64,000 nt of DNA from Candidatus Micrarchaeota archaeon (lineage in GTDB: Archaea; Micrarchaeota; Micrarchaeia; Micrarchaeales; Micrarchaeaceae), in the NCBI GenBank assembly GCA_021818545.1, contig JAKATX010000001.1, positions 47,061 to 111,060 of the forward strand. Reading direction: 5' to 3'. Position numbers and translations under genes: made by a program. Below the pieces are notes generated by a model, which worked only from the letters and a program-made list of their open reading frames with translations, was not told the origin of the DNA and searched no databases. Within the stretch, counting starts at the first letter, position 1. The number at the start of each line of letters is the position of its first letter. Below, piece by piece: positions 43,858 to 53,125 of the stretch.

Positions 43858-44821
43858 GAGGTATTATAACAACGTCCTAGAAGCGATAGGCAATACACCA
43901 CTCATAAGGCTTAACAAAGTCATAAAGAAGAAGAATGTTACCGTGCTGGCCAAACTCGAATGCATGAATCCAGGAGGCAGCGTAAAGGATAGGGTCGGGG
44001 TAGGCATGATAGACAAGGCCGAGAAAATGGGCCTCATAAAGCCATCAGCTACAATAGTAGAGCCGACATCCGGGAATACAGGAGTGGGATTGGCCCAGGT
44101 AGCGGCGGTCAGAGGCTACAAATCCATCTTCGTAATGCCGGAAAAGATGAGCAAGGAGAAGGAGCTGTTGCTGCGCGCCTATGGCGCGGATGTAATAAGG
44201 ACCCCCACAGAGGCAGGCCCGGAGGATCCTAGAAGCAATTACAAGGTATCTGAGCGCATAGCGAAGGAGAAGAAAGGGGCTTTCAGGCCAAACCAGTATG
44301 CCAACAAGTACAATCCAATGGCGCATTTTGAGACCACGGGGCCTGAGATATGGCGAGACACCGATGGTAAGATCACCCATTTCGTTGCATGCCTCGGGAC
44401 AGGCGGCACAGTAAGCGGCACAGGAAGATTCTTGAAGGGCAAAAAGAAGGGCGTGAAGATCATAGGCGTGGACCCTGAAGGCTCCATATTCTATGACCGG
44501 TTTTACCACAAGAAGGAGCACTTCCACACTTATAAGCTGGAAGGCATAGGAGAAGACTTCATACCTGAGACGACGGATATGAACGCGATGGACGAAATGA
44601 TAAAAGTGAGTGACAAAGGAGCGTTCCTGATGGCGCGTGAACTTGTCAGGAAGGAAGGGCTTTTTGTCGGCGGTTCCTCTGGCGCTGCGGTCTTGGCAGC
44701 CAAGAAGCTGGTGAAGAACTTGAAAAGCGGTACCATTGTAGTATTGCTGCCGGATACAGGCAGGAACTATTTAAGCACTATATTCAATGATGACTGGATG
44801 AAAAGCAATGGGTTTATGTGA
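43847..44821 (+). CDS. PLP-dependent cysteine synthase / cystathionine beta-synthase family enzyme
   Basis: LECMNPGGSVKDRVG (PLP lysine) and the GTGGT loop. Length is 324 aa. Confidence 0.85.
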   Translation: MYDMRYYNNVLEAIGNTPLIRLNKVIKKKNVTVLAKLECMNPGGSVKDRVGVGMIDKAEKMGLIKPSATIVEPTSGNTGVGLAQVAAVRGYKSIFVMPEKMSKEKELLLRAYGADVIRTPTEAGPEDPRSNYKVSERIAKEKKGAFRPNQYANKYNPMAHFETTGPEIWRDTDGKITHFVACLGTGGTVSGTGRFLKGKKKGVKIIGVDPEGSIFYDRFYHKKEHFHTYKLEGIGEDFIPETTDMNAMDEMIKVSDKGAFLMARELVRKEGLFVGGSSGAAVLAAKKLVKNLKSGTIVVLLPDTGRNYLSTIFNDDWMKSNGFM

Positions 44822-44837
44822 AACTTTTGGTGAAATT

Positions 44838-46001
44838 ATGGAATTCGAAACTGAAGCTATACATGTTGGGGATGAGCCAAATCTTGAAGTGGGCGGCACT
44901 GGGGACATCAATACCCCGATACATCTGTCATCGACTTTCGCCAGGCGCGAAGTTGACAAGCCAACAGGCGGCTACGCTTACTCCAGAACAGATAATCCTA
45001 CGCGCCATGCGCTAGAGTCCAAGCTTGCTGCCATAGAAGGTGCCAAGCATGGCATAGCATTTTCTTCCGGCCTAGCTGCCGAAACGTCCCTGTTCCTTGC
45101 ACTACTTAAGGCAGGCGACAACATAGTCGCATTTGATGACCTTTATGGCGGCACGAAGAGGCTGCTGGACAAGGTTATGGCAAAATTCGGCGTATCGGTT
45201 ACGTACGTTGATGCAACAAACTCATCTAACGTTAGGAAAGCAATGCGCAAGAACACGCGGCTGGTATGGCTGGAAACACCTACGAACCCTTTGCTAAAGT
45301 TGTGTGACATACGCGCCATATCTTCCATAGCGCACGAACACGGCGCGGTCGTTGGCGTGGACAACACTTTTGCTACGCCTTACTTCCAGAGGCCGCTTGA
45401 GCTGTCTGCAGACGTATCTGTGTACAGCACAACGAAATACATAAACGGCCATAGCGATTCGATAGGCGGCGCGATAATGCTTTCGGATGAAACCCTTTAT
45501 GAAAAAATAAAATTCCTGCAGAACGCTGCCGGGACGCTCCTTTCGGCATTTGACAGCTATCTTGTAATGCGCGGGATAAAGACCCTACCGCTAAGGATGC
45601 GCGAGCATGGATTAAATGCGGTGAAGGTCGCAGAATTCTTGGAATCGCAAAGCGCAGTGTCCAAAGTGCGCTATCCTGGGTTAGAGAGCCATCCACAGCA
45701 TGAACTGGCCAAGAGACAGATGAACGGTTTTGGCGGGATGATAACATTCGAAGTCAAGGGCGGGCGGCGCGCCGCTATGAAGTTCTTGGAATCGCTGAGG
45801 CTGGTAAGCCTTGCGGAAGATCTGGGTGGCGTGAAGTCCTTGGCAGAACACCCAGCATCGATGACGCATTCCGAGATACCCAGAAAGGCCAGAGAGGAGC
45901 TTGGCATAAGTGAGGCTTTGATACGGCTTTCCGTAGGGCTTGAGAATGCGGATGATATAATAATGGACCTTAAGGCCACGCTGAAAGCCGTTGGGAGATG
46001 A
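44838..46001 (+). CDS. Cystathionine gamma-synthase/lyase family (Cys/Met-metabolism PLP enzyme)
   Basis: FETEAIHVG..., YSRTDNPT and STTKYINGHSD (PLP lysine). It is adjacent to the CBS/CysK-like gene, which suggests a transsulfuration pair. Confidence 0.85.
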   Translation: MEFETEAIHVGDEPNLEVGGTGDINTPIHLSSTFARREVDKPTGGYAYSRTDNPTRHALESKLAAIEGAKHGIAFSSGLAAETSLFLALLKAGDNIVAFDDLYGGTKRLLDKVMAKFGVSVTYVDATNSSNVRKAMRKNTRLVWLETPTNPLLKLCDIRAISSIAHEHGAVVGVDNTFATPYFQRPLELSADVSVYSTTKYINGHSDSIGGAIMLSDETLYEKIKFLQNAAGTLLSAFDSYLVMRGIKTLPLRMREHGLNAVKVAEFLESQSAVSKVRYPGLESHPQHELAKRQMNGFGGMITFEVKGGRRAAMKFLESLRLVSLAEDLGGVKSLAEHPASMTHSEIPRKAREELGISEALIRLSVGLENADDIIMDLKATLKAVGR

Positions 46002-46018
46002 CTGGAGCAACTATGGAA

Positions 46019-47311
46019 TCAGGGCTCTACCCTGTTCGCCATCCTTGGGAACGGTATTGCGTCTCTTATGTGATCCAGGTCTAGCATCCATTTCAAGAGA
46101 CGCTCGACGCCAAGGCCGAAACCGCTGTGTGGTATCGTGCCATACTTCCTTATGTCAGTGTACCAGTAGTAATCCTTCTCCTGCAGGCCGTATTTGTTCA
46201 GGCGGTCCGCCATTTCCTTGTAATCATATACCCTCTCGCTGCTCCCAACTATCTCGCCGTGACCGTGAGGCGCCTGCATGTCAGAGCATAACGCGAACTC
46301 AGGATTGTCTGGATCCTCGCGCATGTAGAAAGCCTTTATCTTCAATGGCCACTTGTATATGAAAATCGGCTTCTCCTCCTTTTCGGTCAGCACCTTCTCA
46401 TCCTCCGCGCCTATGTCATCCAGCCATTCCTTTTTGATCCCATTTTGTTTCAGCTGCTTAAGGGCCTCGTCATATGTGAGCCTCTTGAAAGGCGCCTTGA
46501 CCACTGAAAGCCTATTCGCATCAACGTTTAGCGATTGCAGGAGTGAACCCTGCTCCTTTACGAATCTCTGGCATACGTATTCTATCATGTCCTCCTGCAG
46601 CTTCATGTTGTCTTCCTGGGAGTAATAGCCTGCCTCAACTTCAAGATGCCAATACTCTGCGAGATGCTTTACTGTGCGCGACTTTTCCGCCCTGAAAGAA
46701 GGGACAAGGTCGTACACATGTTCCAACACCGGCACGAGAGCCTCAAGATACAATTGCGATGACTGCGTCAAGTATGCCTTTGTGCCGAAGAAATCTATGG
46801 CAAACATATCGGCTCCGCCCTCGCCCCCTGCCTTCGTTATGATAGGCGGCGTGACCTCCCAGAATTGCTTTTCTGATAAGAAGTCGCGCAAGTACTTGAA
46901 TAGGTAAGCCCTTGCCTTCAATATGCCGGTCATCTTTTGGCTCCTCAGCCACAGATGCCTCTTGTCCAACAGCAGTTCAGTACTTTGGAATTCCGTGATC
47001 GGAAAAGGTTCAGATATGCCGGTATTGGAAAAATTGGCGGCTTCTAGCTCGAAGCCCGTTGGGGCCCTCTTGTCTTCCTTAACGATGCCCTCTGCGATTA
47101 TGCTGGATTCTATCGTTGTATCGGTAACGGCCTTCCATGATGCTGCATCCACCTTGTCCTTCTTTACTGCTATTTGCATTGTGCCTGTGCTGTCACGCAT
47201 TATTATGAATGCGACGCCGCCGCTCTGCCTTTTCCTATGGACCCAGCCCGCTATGGTAACTTCCTTGTCCACGCTCTGCTCTGCCTGTTTTATATGTGAA
47301 AACTTTAGCAT
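46019..47311 (-). CDS. asnS: Asparaginyl-tRNA synthetase (class IIb)
   Basis: FRAEKSRTVKHLAEYWHLEVE favours AsnRS over AspRS; the C-terminus is GFGLGVERLLKWMLDLDHIRDAIPFPR. The start is set at ATG 47311, because the longer ORF (to 47413) runs into tRNA-Tyr. Confidence 0.8.
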   Translation of the reverse strand: MLKFSHIKQAEQSVDKEVTIAGWVHRKRQSGGVAFIIMRDSTGTMQIAVKKDKVDAASWKAVTDTTIESSIIAEGIVKEDKRAPTGFELEAANFSNTGISEPFPITEFQSTELLLDKRHLWLRSQKMTGILKARAYLFKYLRDFLSEKQFWEVTPPIITKAGGEGGADMFAIDFFGTKAYLTQSSQLYLEALVPVLEHVYDLVPSFRAEKSRTVKHLAEYWHLEVEAGYYSQEDNMKLQEDMIEYVCQRFVKEQGSLLQSLNVDANRLSVVKAPFKRLTYDEALKQLKQNGIKKEWLDDIGAEDEKVLTEKEEKPIFIYKWPLKIKAFYMREDPDNPEFALCSDMQAPHGHGEIVGSSERVYDYKEMADRLNKYGLQEKDYYWYTDIRKYGTIPHSGFGLGVERLLKWMLDLDHIRDAIPFPRMANRVEP

Positions 47312-47359
47312 CAAATCACAACCGTGCAGCATTATCGCCGCCAACATGGCAGCGTTATT

Positions 47360-47461
47360 TCCCGTTGAGGTGAGTCGAACACCTAACCTGCCGGTATCTC
47401 CTTGTAAGTCCAAGAAGCCAACAAGCTACAGCCGGCCGCTCTGCCATTGAGCTACAACGGG
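47360..47461 (-). tRNA. tRNA-Tyr (anticodon GUA) with a ~30-nt intron at the canonical 37/38 position
   Basis: The reverse complement is CCCGTTG-TA-GCTCAATGGCAGAGC-G-GCCGG-CTGTAG[CTTGTTGGCTTCTTGGACTTACAAGGAGAT]A-CCGGC-AGGTT-AGGTGTTCGACTCACCT-CAACGGG-A. The C1:G72 pair is the archaeal/eukaryal Tyr identity element. A TTTAAAT box lies ~25-30 nt upstream. Confidence 0.8.
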
Positions 47462-47581
47462 AACATACACTATTTTACAACCTAATTTAAATCACTTTCT
47501 TTGGTAAGGCAGCCCCGTGAGCAAACATTATAAAATGTGTAATCAAAACGTTTAGGTGGATGCCGATTATCGGAATGTAAT

Positions 47582-50380
47582 ATGATTTTTATGATTTCGA
47601 AGAACGAGCCGGTGGACGAACCAGACGAAGGAAGGGAAGACAACCCGGTTACGGATGATGGTGAGATAGTCAAAGCATCGCAGGGCAAAGAGAGCGACCT
47701 GACATTTCAGCTATATACGCTAAAGGACGCGATTGCTAGGGTGACTTCCAAGGATAGCGCGTTCGATGCCGCCCTGATTGCGATTGCATTCATAGCTATA
47801 GCCACTGCCTTGCCGTTCTATCCTGCTGCAATATTATTGCTCATACTCATAGCGCTGATAGCGCTGGCCATTTTCTATCCGTTCCTGGGGCTCATATTCC
47901 TTATGATAGTCATATTCCCGGCAATAGCTTACCAGGTACCGGGGTTGGCACTGCTGTTTCTTTTCATCGTAAGCGCATCGCTAATCGCCGGCTATCTTTA
48001 TTACCGTTCGCTCGCCTTCGCTTACATACTCGTGGGGCTTGCTTTCTCGCCCTTAGGGCTGATATTTGAGATACCTGCCTTTATCATGTCAGTTCTTGTA
48101 CTGGACTGGAAACGGTCCATGGTTGTGATAGCCGTTACAATAATAAGCGTGGTCGCGCTTTCCGCAGCAACAGGGATGCAGAACACAGGATACATTGCTT
48201 ACAACGCCTACGCAGCGCACGCAAAACTAGCAGTACTGGCAGGGTCTGCAGGCGCACTTGGAGGAAAGGCAGGGCTGTCCCTTGGCAATTTCGGAAGCGG
48301 GCTCTCGACTGCACTTTCTGGTGTGACAAATTCAACCACTATCAGCGTCCTTCCGGGTATGATATTCACTATGATTAGTTCGCTGGGATTCGAGCCGCAA
48401 TATTACATGGCTATGCTCATAGTGCTGCTGGGCACAATCTGGGTGATAGCATGGATAGGGGGTTCCAACAGATCGGAGATGAAAGGTGTGATAGCGTCGC
48501 TGCCAGGAGTGGCGTACCCGATGATAGCGATTGCGCTGTCTTCGATAGGCGGGCTTGGCTATGGCGCGATATTTCCGCTTGTCAGCTTTGCGGTGGCACC
48601 CGTGCTCATGTACGTGATGCAGTTGAAAGGGATTGACATAATAAAAGTACAGGAGGTAAGGAAGAAGGACATACGGATGGAGTTTGGGGAGGCTTTTGAA
48701 TCATTGGGCCGCGGTGCGACCAAAGAGACGTTTAAGGACATAGGGGGCTATGAAGCCACGAAGAAGGAGCTTCATGACGCCATACTCGCCCCCATAGAAC
48801 AGCGCGGCGTCTCCAAGGCTTATAATGTAAAGCCAACCAAGGGCGTGTTGTTCTTCGGGCCGCCCGGCACTGGAAAAACGATGATGATGCGTGCGCTGTC
48901 GAATGAGATGCACGCGGGCTTTTACGTTGTCAAGGCATCTAACCTGATATCAGCTTATCCTGGGGAGACAGAGAGGATGATAGCGAAAGTGTTTGAAACC
49001 GCAGCCAAGCATGCGCCGTGCGTGCTCTTCTTCGATGAAATAGACGCGATTGCGCGCACGAGAAGCCAGAGCCCGGAATCCGATACACAGACAAACGCGC
49101 TTTCGCAGCTATTGCAGGAGATGGACGGATTCAGCAAGGTTGAAAATGTTATAATAGTGGGCGCAACAAATGCCCCAAACATTTTGGACCCTGCGATAAT
49201 CAGGCCAGGCAGGTTTGACAAAATCATATACATGCCGCTGCCGGACGCGAAAGCAAGGAAGGAGATATTCAATATCTACCTGACAAAATTGCCGATAGCC
49301 AAAAACATCAATTATGACCAGCTCGCGTATAAGACCGAGAGATTCTCCGGGGCGGATATTAAGGCGCTGTGCGAAAACGTGGCACAGCAGATGGCACAGG
49401 AGGCGGCAAGCGAGAGGAAGGTACTGAGCATAGGAATGAAGGAGCTGCTCAATGCGCTAAGCAACACCAAACCGTCAACTTCCATTGCACAGCTTGAGGA
49501 GTACACGAACTTCAAGATGGACTTCCAGCGCAGAAGCACAGGGGAAGCGGAAGAGCAGGTGGGCGAGAAGGTCGGGATTGATGAGGTCATAGGACTCCCC
49601 GATGCGAAGAAGGCGATCGCGGATGCGATAGAGATACCGCTCTTGAGGCCAGAACTGCTGAAAAAGTATGATATCAAGAACATAAATGGCATACTGCTGT
49701 TCGGGCCGCCGGGAACTGGCAAGACGCTCCTCATGAAAGCCATGATAAGCGAGCTCACAGGGGTAAACATAGTCGAAGTAAACGGGTCCGTCCTCATGCA
49801 GATGGGAAGCGATAACGCAGTGAACACCATAAAGGAGATTTTCAACAGGGCGAGGGAGAATGCCCCAGCAGTAATCCTCATAGATGAGATAGACGGCCTC
49901 TTCCCTAGGAGGGAGGGCGCAAGCGAAGCCGTAGTGCAAAGGGTAAGCCAGATACTCCAGGAAATAGACGGAGTTGGCAAGCTATCCAACGTACTCATAG
50001 TCGGCGCAACCAACAACCCGGAGGTGCTTGACCCTGCATTACTAAGGCCAGGCAGGTTTGACAAAATAATATTCGTGAAGCCGCCCGCTGTCGCACAAAG
50101 AAAGGAGCTTTTCCAGCATTACCTCATGCAAGCGCCTCTGTCCGAAGACATCGACTTTGAAAAGCTAGCCGGCCAGACCAGAGGTTTCACAGGGGCAGAC
50201 ATAGCCAATGTATGCAGGGAAGCCAAGACAAAGGCATTGGAGAAAACTGTTGAAACTTCGGTTGACGTAAATATAAGCATGAAGATGATAGAGGACGTGC
50301 TTAAGACCACCAAGCCATCGGCACCGGAGCAGGTTGTCAGCAACTATCTTAGTTTCCTGCAGAAATATGGGGAGCGTTAG
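47582..50380 (+). CDS. Membrane-anchored tandem AAA+ ATPase (Cdc48/VCP-like D1+D2, with a ~370-aa polytopic N-terminal domain in place of the usual N domain)
   Basis: About 8 hydrophobic helices, then two AAA modules. Module 1 has GVLFFGPPGTGKT...VLFFDEIDA, module 2 has GILLFGPPGTGKT...VILIDEIDG, and each ends in RPGRFDK. Confidence 0.8.
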   Translation: MIFMISKNEPVDEPDEGREDNPVTDDGEIVKASQGKESDLTFQLYTLKDAIARVTSKDSAFDAALIAIAFIAIATALPFYPAAILLLILIALIALAIFYPFLGLIFLMIVIFPAIAYQVPGLALLFLFIVSASLIAGYLYYRSLAFAYILVGLAFSPLGLIFEIPAFIMSVLVLDWKRSMVVIAVTIISVVALSAATGMQNTGYIAYNAYAAHAKLAVLAGSAGALGGKAGLSLGNFGSGLSTALSGVTNSTTISVLPGMIFTMISSLGFEPQYYMAMLIVLLGTIWVIAWIGGSNRSEMKGVIASLPGVAYPMIAIALSSIGGLGYGAIFPLVSFAVAPVLMYVMQLKGIDIIKVQEVRKKDIRMEFGEAFESLGRGATKETFKDIGGYEATKKELHDAILAPIEQRGVSKAYNVKPTKGVLFFGPPGTGKTMMMRALSNEMHAGFYVVKASNLISAYPGETERMIAKVFETAAKHAPCVLFFDEIDAIARTRSQSPESDTQTNALSQLLQEMDGFSKVENVIIVGATNAPNILDPAIIRPGRFDKIIYMPLPDAKARKEIFNIYLTKLPIAKNINYDQLAYKTERFSGADIKALCENVAQQMAQEAASERKVLSIGMKELLNALSNTKPSTSIAQLEEYTNFKMDFQRRSTGEAEEQVGEKVGIDEVIGLPDAKKAIADAIEIPLLRPELLKKYDIKNINGILLFGPPGTGKTLLMKAMISELTGVNIVEVNGSVLMQMGSDNAVNTIKEIFNRARENAPAVILIDEIDGLFPRREGASEAVVQRVSQILQEIDGVGKLSNVLIVGATNNPEVLDPALLRPGRFDKIIFVKPPAVAQRKELFQHYLMQAPLSEDIDFEKLAGQTRGFTGADIANVCREAKTKALEKTVETSVDVNISMKMIEDVLKTTKPSAPEQVVSNYLSFLQKYGER

Positions 50381-51189
50381 CACTCTTTCATGCCGCCGGG
50401 ATGCATCCGAAATACGCGGGATGTGTCGCCCGCATTGACCCTAAGCGCGCCATCTGCATCCCTAACCGAGCAGAATTCCAGTTTTATGACGCTTTGCGTC
50501 CCTATTTTCTCCATGGCCAGCGCGCATGAACCAAAAAGCGATACGGTTATTTTTTTATTCTTCTCATCTGATAGTATGCATGTGCATGCAAGGACGCTGC
50601 CCGCCTCCCTCGCGATGCTTTTTGCTTTGGATATCTCTACCACCCTGCCGACCAGGTCCACCTTGCTATCGCCGCCTTTAAGAAGTGAAAAATCGCTTAT
50701 CACGCCATGCGGAGGCGATATCACGCTTATGTATGTCGACCTTGAACTGTCCAGCTCTTCAGAAGCGATGTCTATTGCTGCGTTAGTCACAAGGACCACG
50801 GAGCCGCGCTCTATCAGCTTGGAGTCAACATCGATTGCAGCTTTGCCCAGGAGGTTGAGCTTCATCGCATTGCCCGCCGTACCCAACACTGCAACCCTCT
50901 TAGGGCTGTGCTTCCCCTTGACTGCATACGCCTCTTGATTGAATACCCTGTATACGATATCCTGAACGTCTACCACGTATCTCGGCGCCTTGAATGATCC
51001 CCCAGCACCAAGTTTTGATTTTTTTACCGATTCGATGAAGCTTAGCACTTCCTTTACCGCTGCTACGCTTTTGTACGCCCCATTGCCGTCAATCGCTGCA
51101 TGCTCGCTACGGTTTCTCGCAATCCTTGATGCATGCTCTCTCGATATCATTCCTGAGAATTGGTTTACAACGTCATCAGTATCTGCCAT
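50377..51189 (-). CDS. Hypothetical protein with two OB-fold-like segments (possible RPA/SSB-related)
   Basis: Two stretches show the RPA-type pattern (VVDVQDIVYRVFNQ...VAVLGTAGNAMKLNLLGKAA and VDLVGRVVEISKAKSI...CTCILSDEKNKKITVSLFG). A TATA-like CTATTTATTCG lies ~30 nt upstream of ATG 51189. This is pattern-level only. Confidence 0.35.
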   Translation of the reverse strand: MADTDDVVNQFSGMISREHASRIARNRSEHAAIDGNGAYKSVAAVKEVLSFIESVKKSKLGAGGSFKAPRYVVDVQDIVYRVFNQEAYAVKGKHSPKRVAVLGTAGNAMKLNLLGKAAIDVDSKLIERGSVVLVTNAAIDIASEELDSSRSTYISVISPPHGVISDFSLLKGGDSKVDLVGRVVEISKAKSIAREAGSVLACTCILSDEKNKKITVSLFGSCALAMEKIGTQSVIKLEFCSVRDADGALRVNAGDTSRVFRMHPGGMKEC

Positions 51190-51336
51190 CTGCTCAGGAG
51201 TATACGGGCAACAACGAATAAATAGCATGTACACATTTCGTATTTTGGCGTTAATAAATTTGGTAAAGGGGATTTAGGATAGGGCTAAATAAGTATAGAA
51301 TTAAGTAAGTCTACTAGTTATTCAGGGGGTGCATGT

Positions 51337-51603
51337 ATGGACGATGAAAAGAAGGTTGCTGCCCTAATAGATCAGATAACGCGACAGATGGATTCTCTCA
51401 TAGGTGACACCACGGTACCAAAAAATGTAAGGGGCGCCGTAGGAGAAGCCAGGAAGAAGCTGAACGAAGGAGGGGAGTATACGATCAGGGTGGCTGGTGC
51501 TATTTATAGCATAGATGTTGTGAGCAACGACATAAACTTGCCGCCGCAAGCGCGAACGATGCTGTGGAACATATTGAGCATGCTTGAGTCTATAAAGGAT
51601 TAG
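51337..51603 (+). CDS. UPF0147-family small protein
   Basis: DTTVPKNVRGAVGEARKKL...IRVAGAIYSIDVVSNDINLPPQARTMLWNILSMLESI matches the UPF0147 pattern. GGGGGTG Shine-Dalgarno upstream. Confidence 0.7.
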   Translation: MDDEKKVAALIDQITRQMDSLIGDTTVPKNVRGAVGEARKKLNEGGEYTIRVAGAIYSIDVVSNDINLPPQARTMLWNILSMLESIKD

Positions 51604-53115
51604 ATGTCCGATGAAACATACTTCAAGGAGCTCACTACAAAACTGTCCCAAGCGCGAATATTCCTTTCTGGAGATGCAAAGGGAGCCATGGCTGATGGGA
51701 TAGACGTAGACCTATTAGTGTCCAAGATAATAGAGAGCCACAAGACTGCGCAGGGTGCTGTCTTCATTGATTCCGATGAAATAAAGGAGGTAGTGAAAGC
51801 CATAATGAGTGAAAAGAACCCTGAGCAGATAGAGGTCGTGCGGAAACCCGGGTTTTCCCCTTTGGCCGCGGAGTTCGATGCCGAGTATGCAATAAACGTT
51901 ATAAATCCAGAACAGACCAGCGGTAACCTGAACGATTTTGTCGATTATTTTAAGGACAGACTTGAAAAAATGCGCGCGATACTGGAAACCAACAGGAACA
52001 AGGTCTACGGTTTTGTAAAGACCCTGGAGTCCACTAAAAGCTTCACCAATGGAAGGGAAGTAGTACTAGTTGGCATTGTGACAAGCAGGATAGTCACAAA
52101 AAACGGCAACATAATGGTGATAATGGAGGACGAGACTGGCGAGGTCAAAGTAATATTCATGAATGGCTCGAATCCCAGATCGAAGGAGCTTTTTGAGAAA
52201 GCGGGGCATATAGCGAATGATGAGGTAATAGCGGTAAAGGGCAAGGTATCGAATGTATTCATAATGGCCAGCGAGATAGTATGGCCGGACATACCGATAA
52301 AGGAGAAGAAGTTTTCTGAAAAAGATACCGCGATTGCGTTCATGTCGGACGTGCACGTTGGCAGCAAACTTTTCTTGGATAAGAGCTTCTCTTATATGCT
52401 GCGGTGGCTTAACGGCAGCGTAGACAAATACGCGGATCTCGCAGGAAAAATAAAGTACATGATAATAGCGGGTGATGCTGCAGATGGCATAGGGGTTTAT
52501 CCCAACCAGGATAGGGATCTTGCCATACAAGACGTCTATGCACAATACAAACTACTTTTCAATCTCCTGGATGCAGTCCCTGATTACGTGCATGTTTTTG
52601 TTTTGCCAGGCAATCATGACGCAGTCCAGAGGGCGGAGCCGCAGCCGCCGCTTGGCGCTGACATAATAGGGGACTTCAAGAAGGACAACATACACATAGT
52701 TTCAAATCCTGCGTACATGAAGCTAGGTGGATTCGATGTGCTTTCATATCACGGTACATCCTTGGATTCGGTAATAAGCGCCATACCGAACAACAGCTAT
52801 GCGCAGCCGGAAAAGGCCATGGTAGAGCTTTTGAAGCGCAGGCACTTGTCACCTATATATGGAGGCAATGTAGTAGTGCCCAGCAAAAAGGACAACATGG
52901 TGATAGAGAAGGTGCCCGACATACTGCACATGGGCCACATACATAAGAATGGGCTTACCGAGTACCATGGCGTGGACGTCGTAAACAGCGGCACATGGCA
53001 AGGCAGGACCGACTTCCAGATAAGGCAGGGGCACATCCCATCGCCCTGCATTATGCCGATATTCGAGATGAAGGCACATAGATTCAATTCGATAAACTTC
53101 GGTGAAGGGTTATAG
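51604..53115 (+). CDS. dp1: DNA polymerase D (Pol II) small subunit DP1 (Mre11-like phosphoesterase exonuclease)
   Basis: OB domain, then phosphoesterase motifs FMSDVHVGS, IIAGDAADG, LPGNHD and HMGHIH. Confidence 0.9.
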   Translation: MSDETYFKELTTKLSQARIFLSGDAKGAMADGIDVDLLVSKIIESHKTAQGAVFIDSDEIKEVVKAIMSEKNPEQIEVVRKPGFSPLAAEFDAEYAINVINPEQTSGNLNDFVDYFKDRLEKMRAILETNRNKVYGFVKTLESTKSFTNGREVVLVGIVTSRIVTKNGNIMVIMEDETGEVKVIFMNGSNPRSKELFEKAGHIANDEVIAVKGKVSNVFIMASEIVWPDIPIKEKKFSEKDTAIAFMSDVHVGSKLFLDKSFSYMLRWLNGSVDKYADLAGKIKYMIIAGDAADGIGVYPNQDRDLAIQDVYAQYKLLFNLLDAVPDYVHVFVLPGNHDAVQRAEPQPPLGADIIGDFKKDNIHIVSNPAYMKLGGFDVLSYHGTSLDSVISAIPNNSYAQPEKAMVELLKRRHLSPIYGGNVVVPSKKDNMVIEKVPDILHMGHIHKNGLTEYHGVDVVNSGTWQGRTDFQIRQGHIPSPCIMPIFEMKAHRFNSINFGEGL

Positions 53116-53125
53116 GTTGTGTTTT

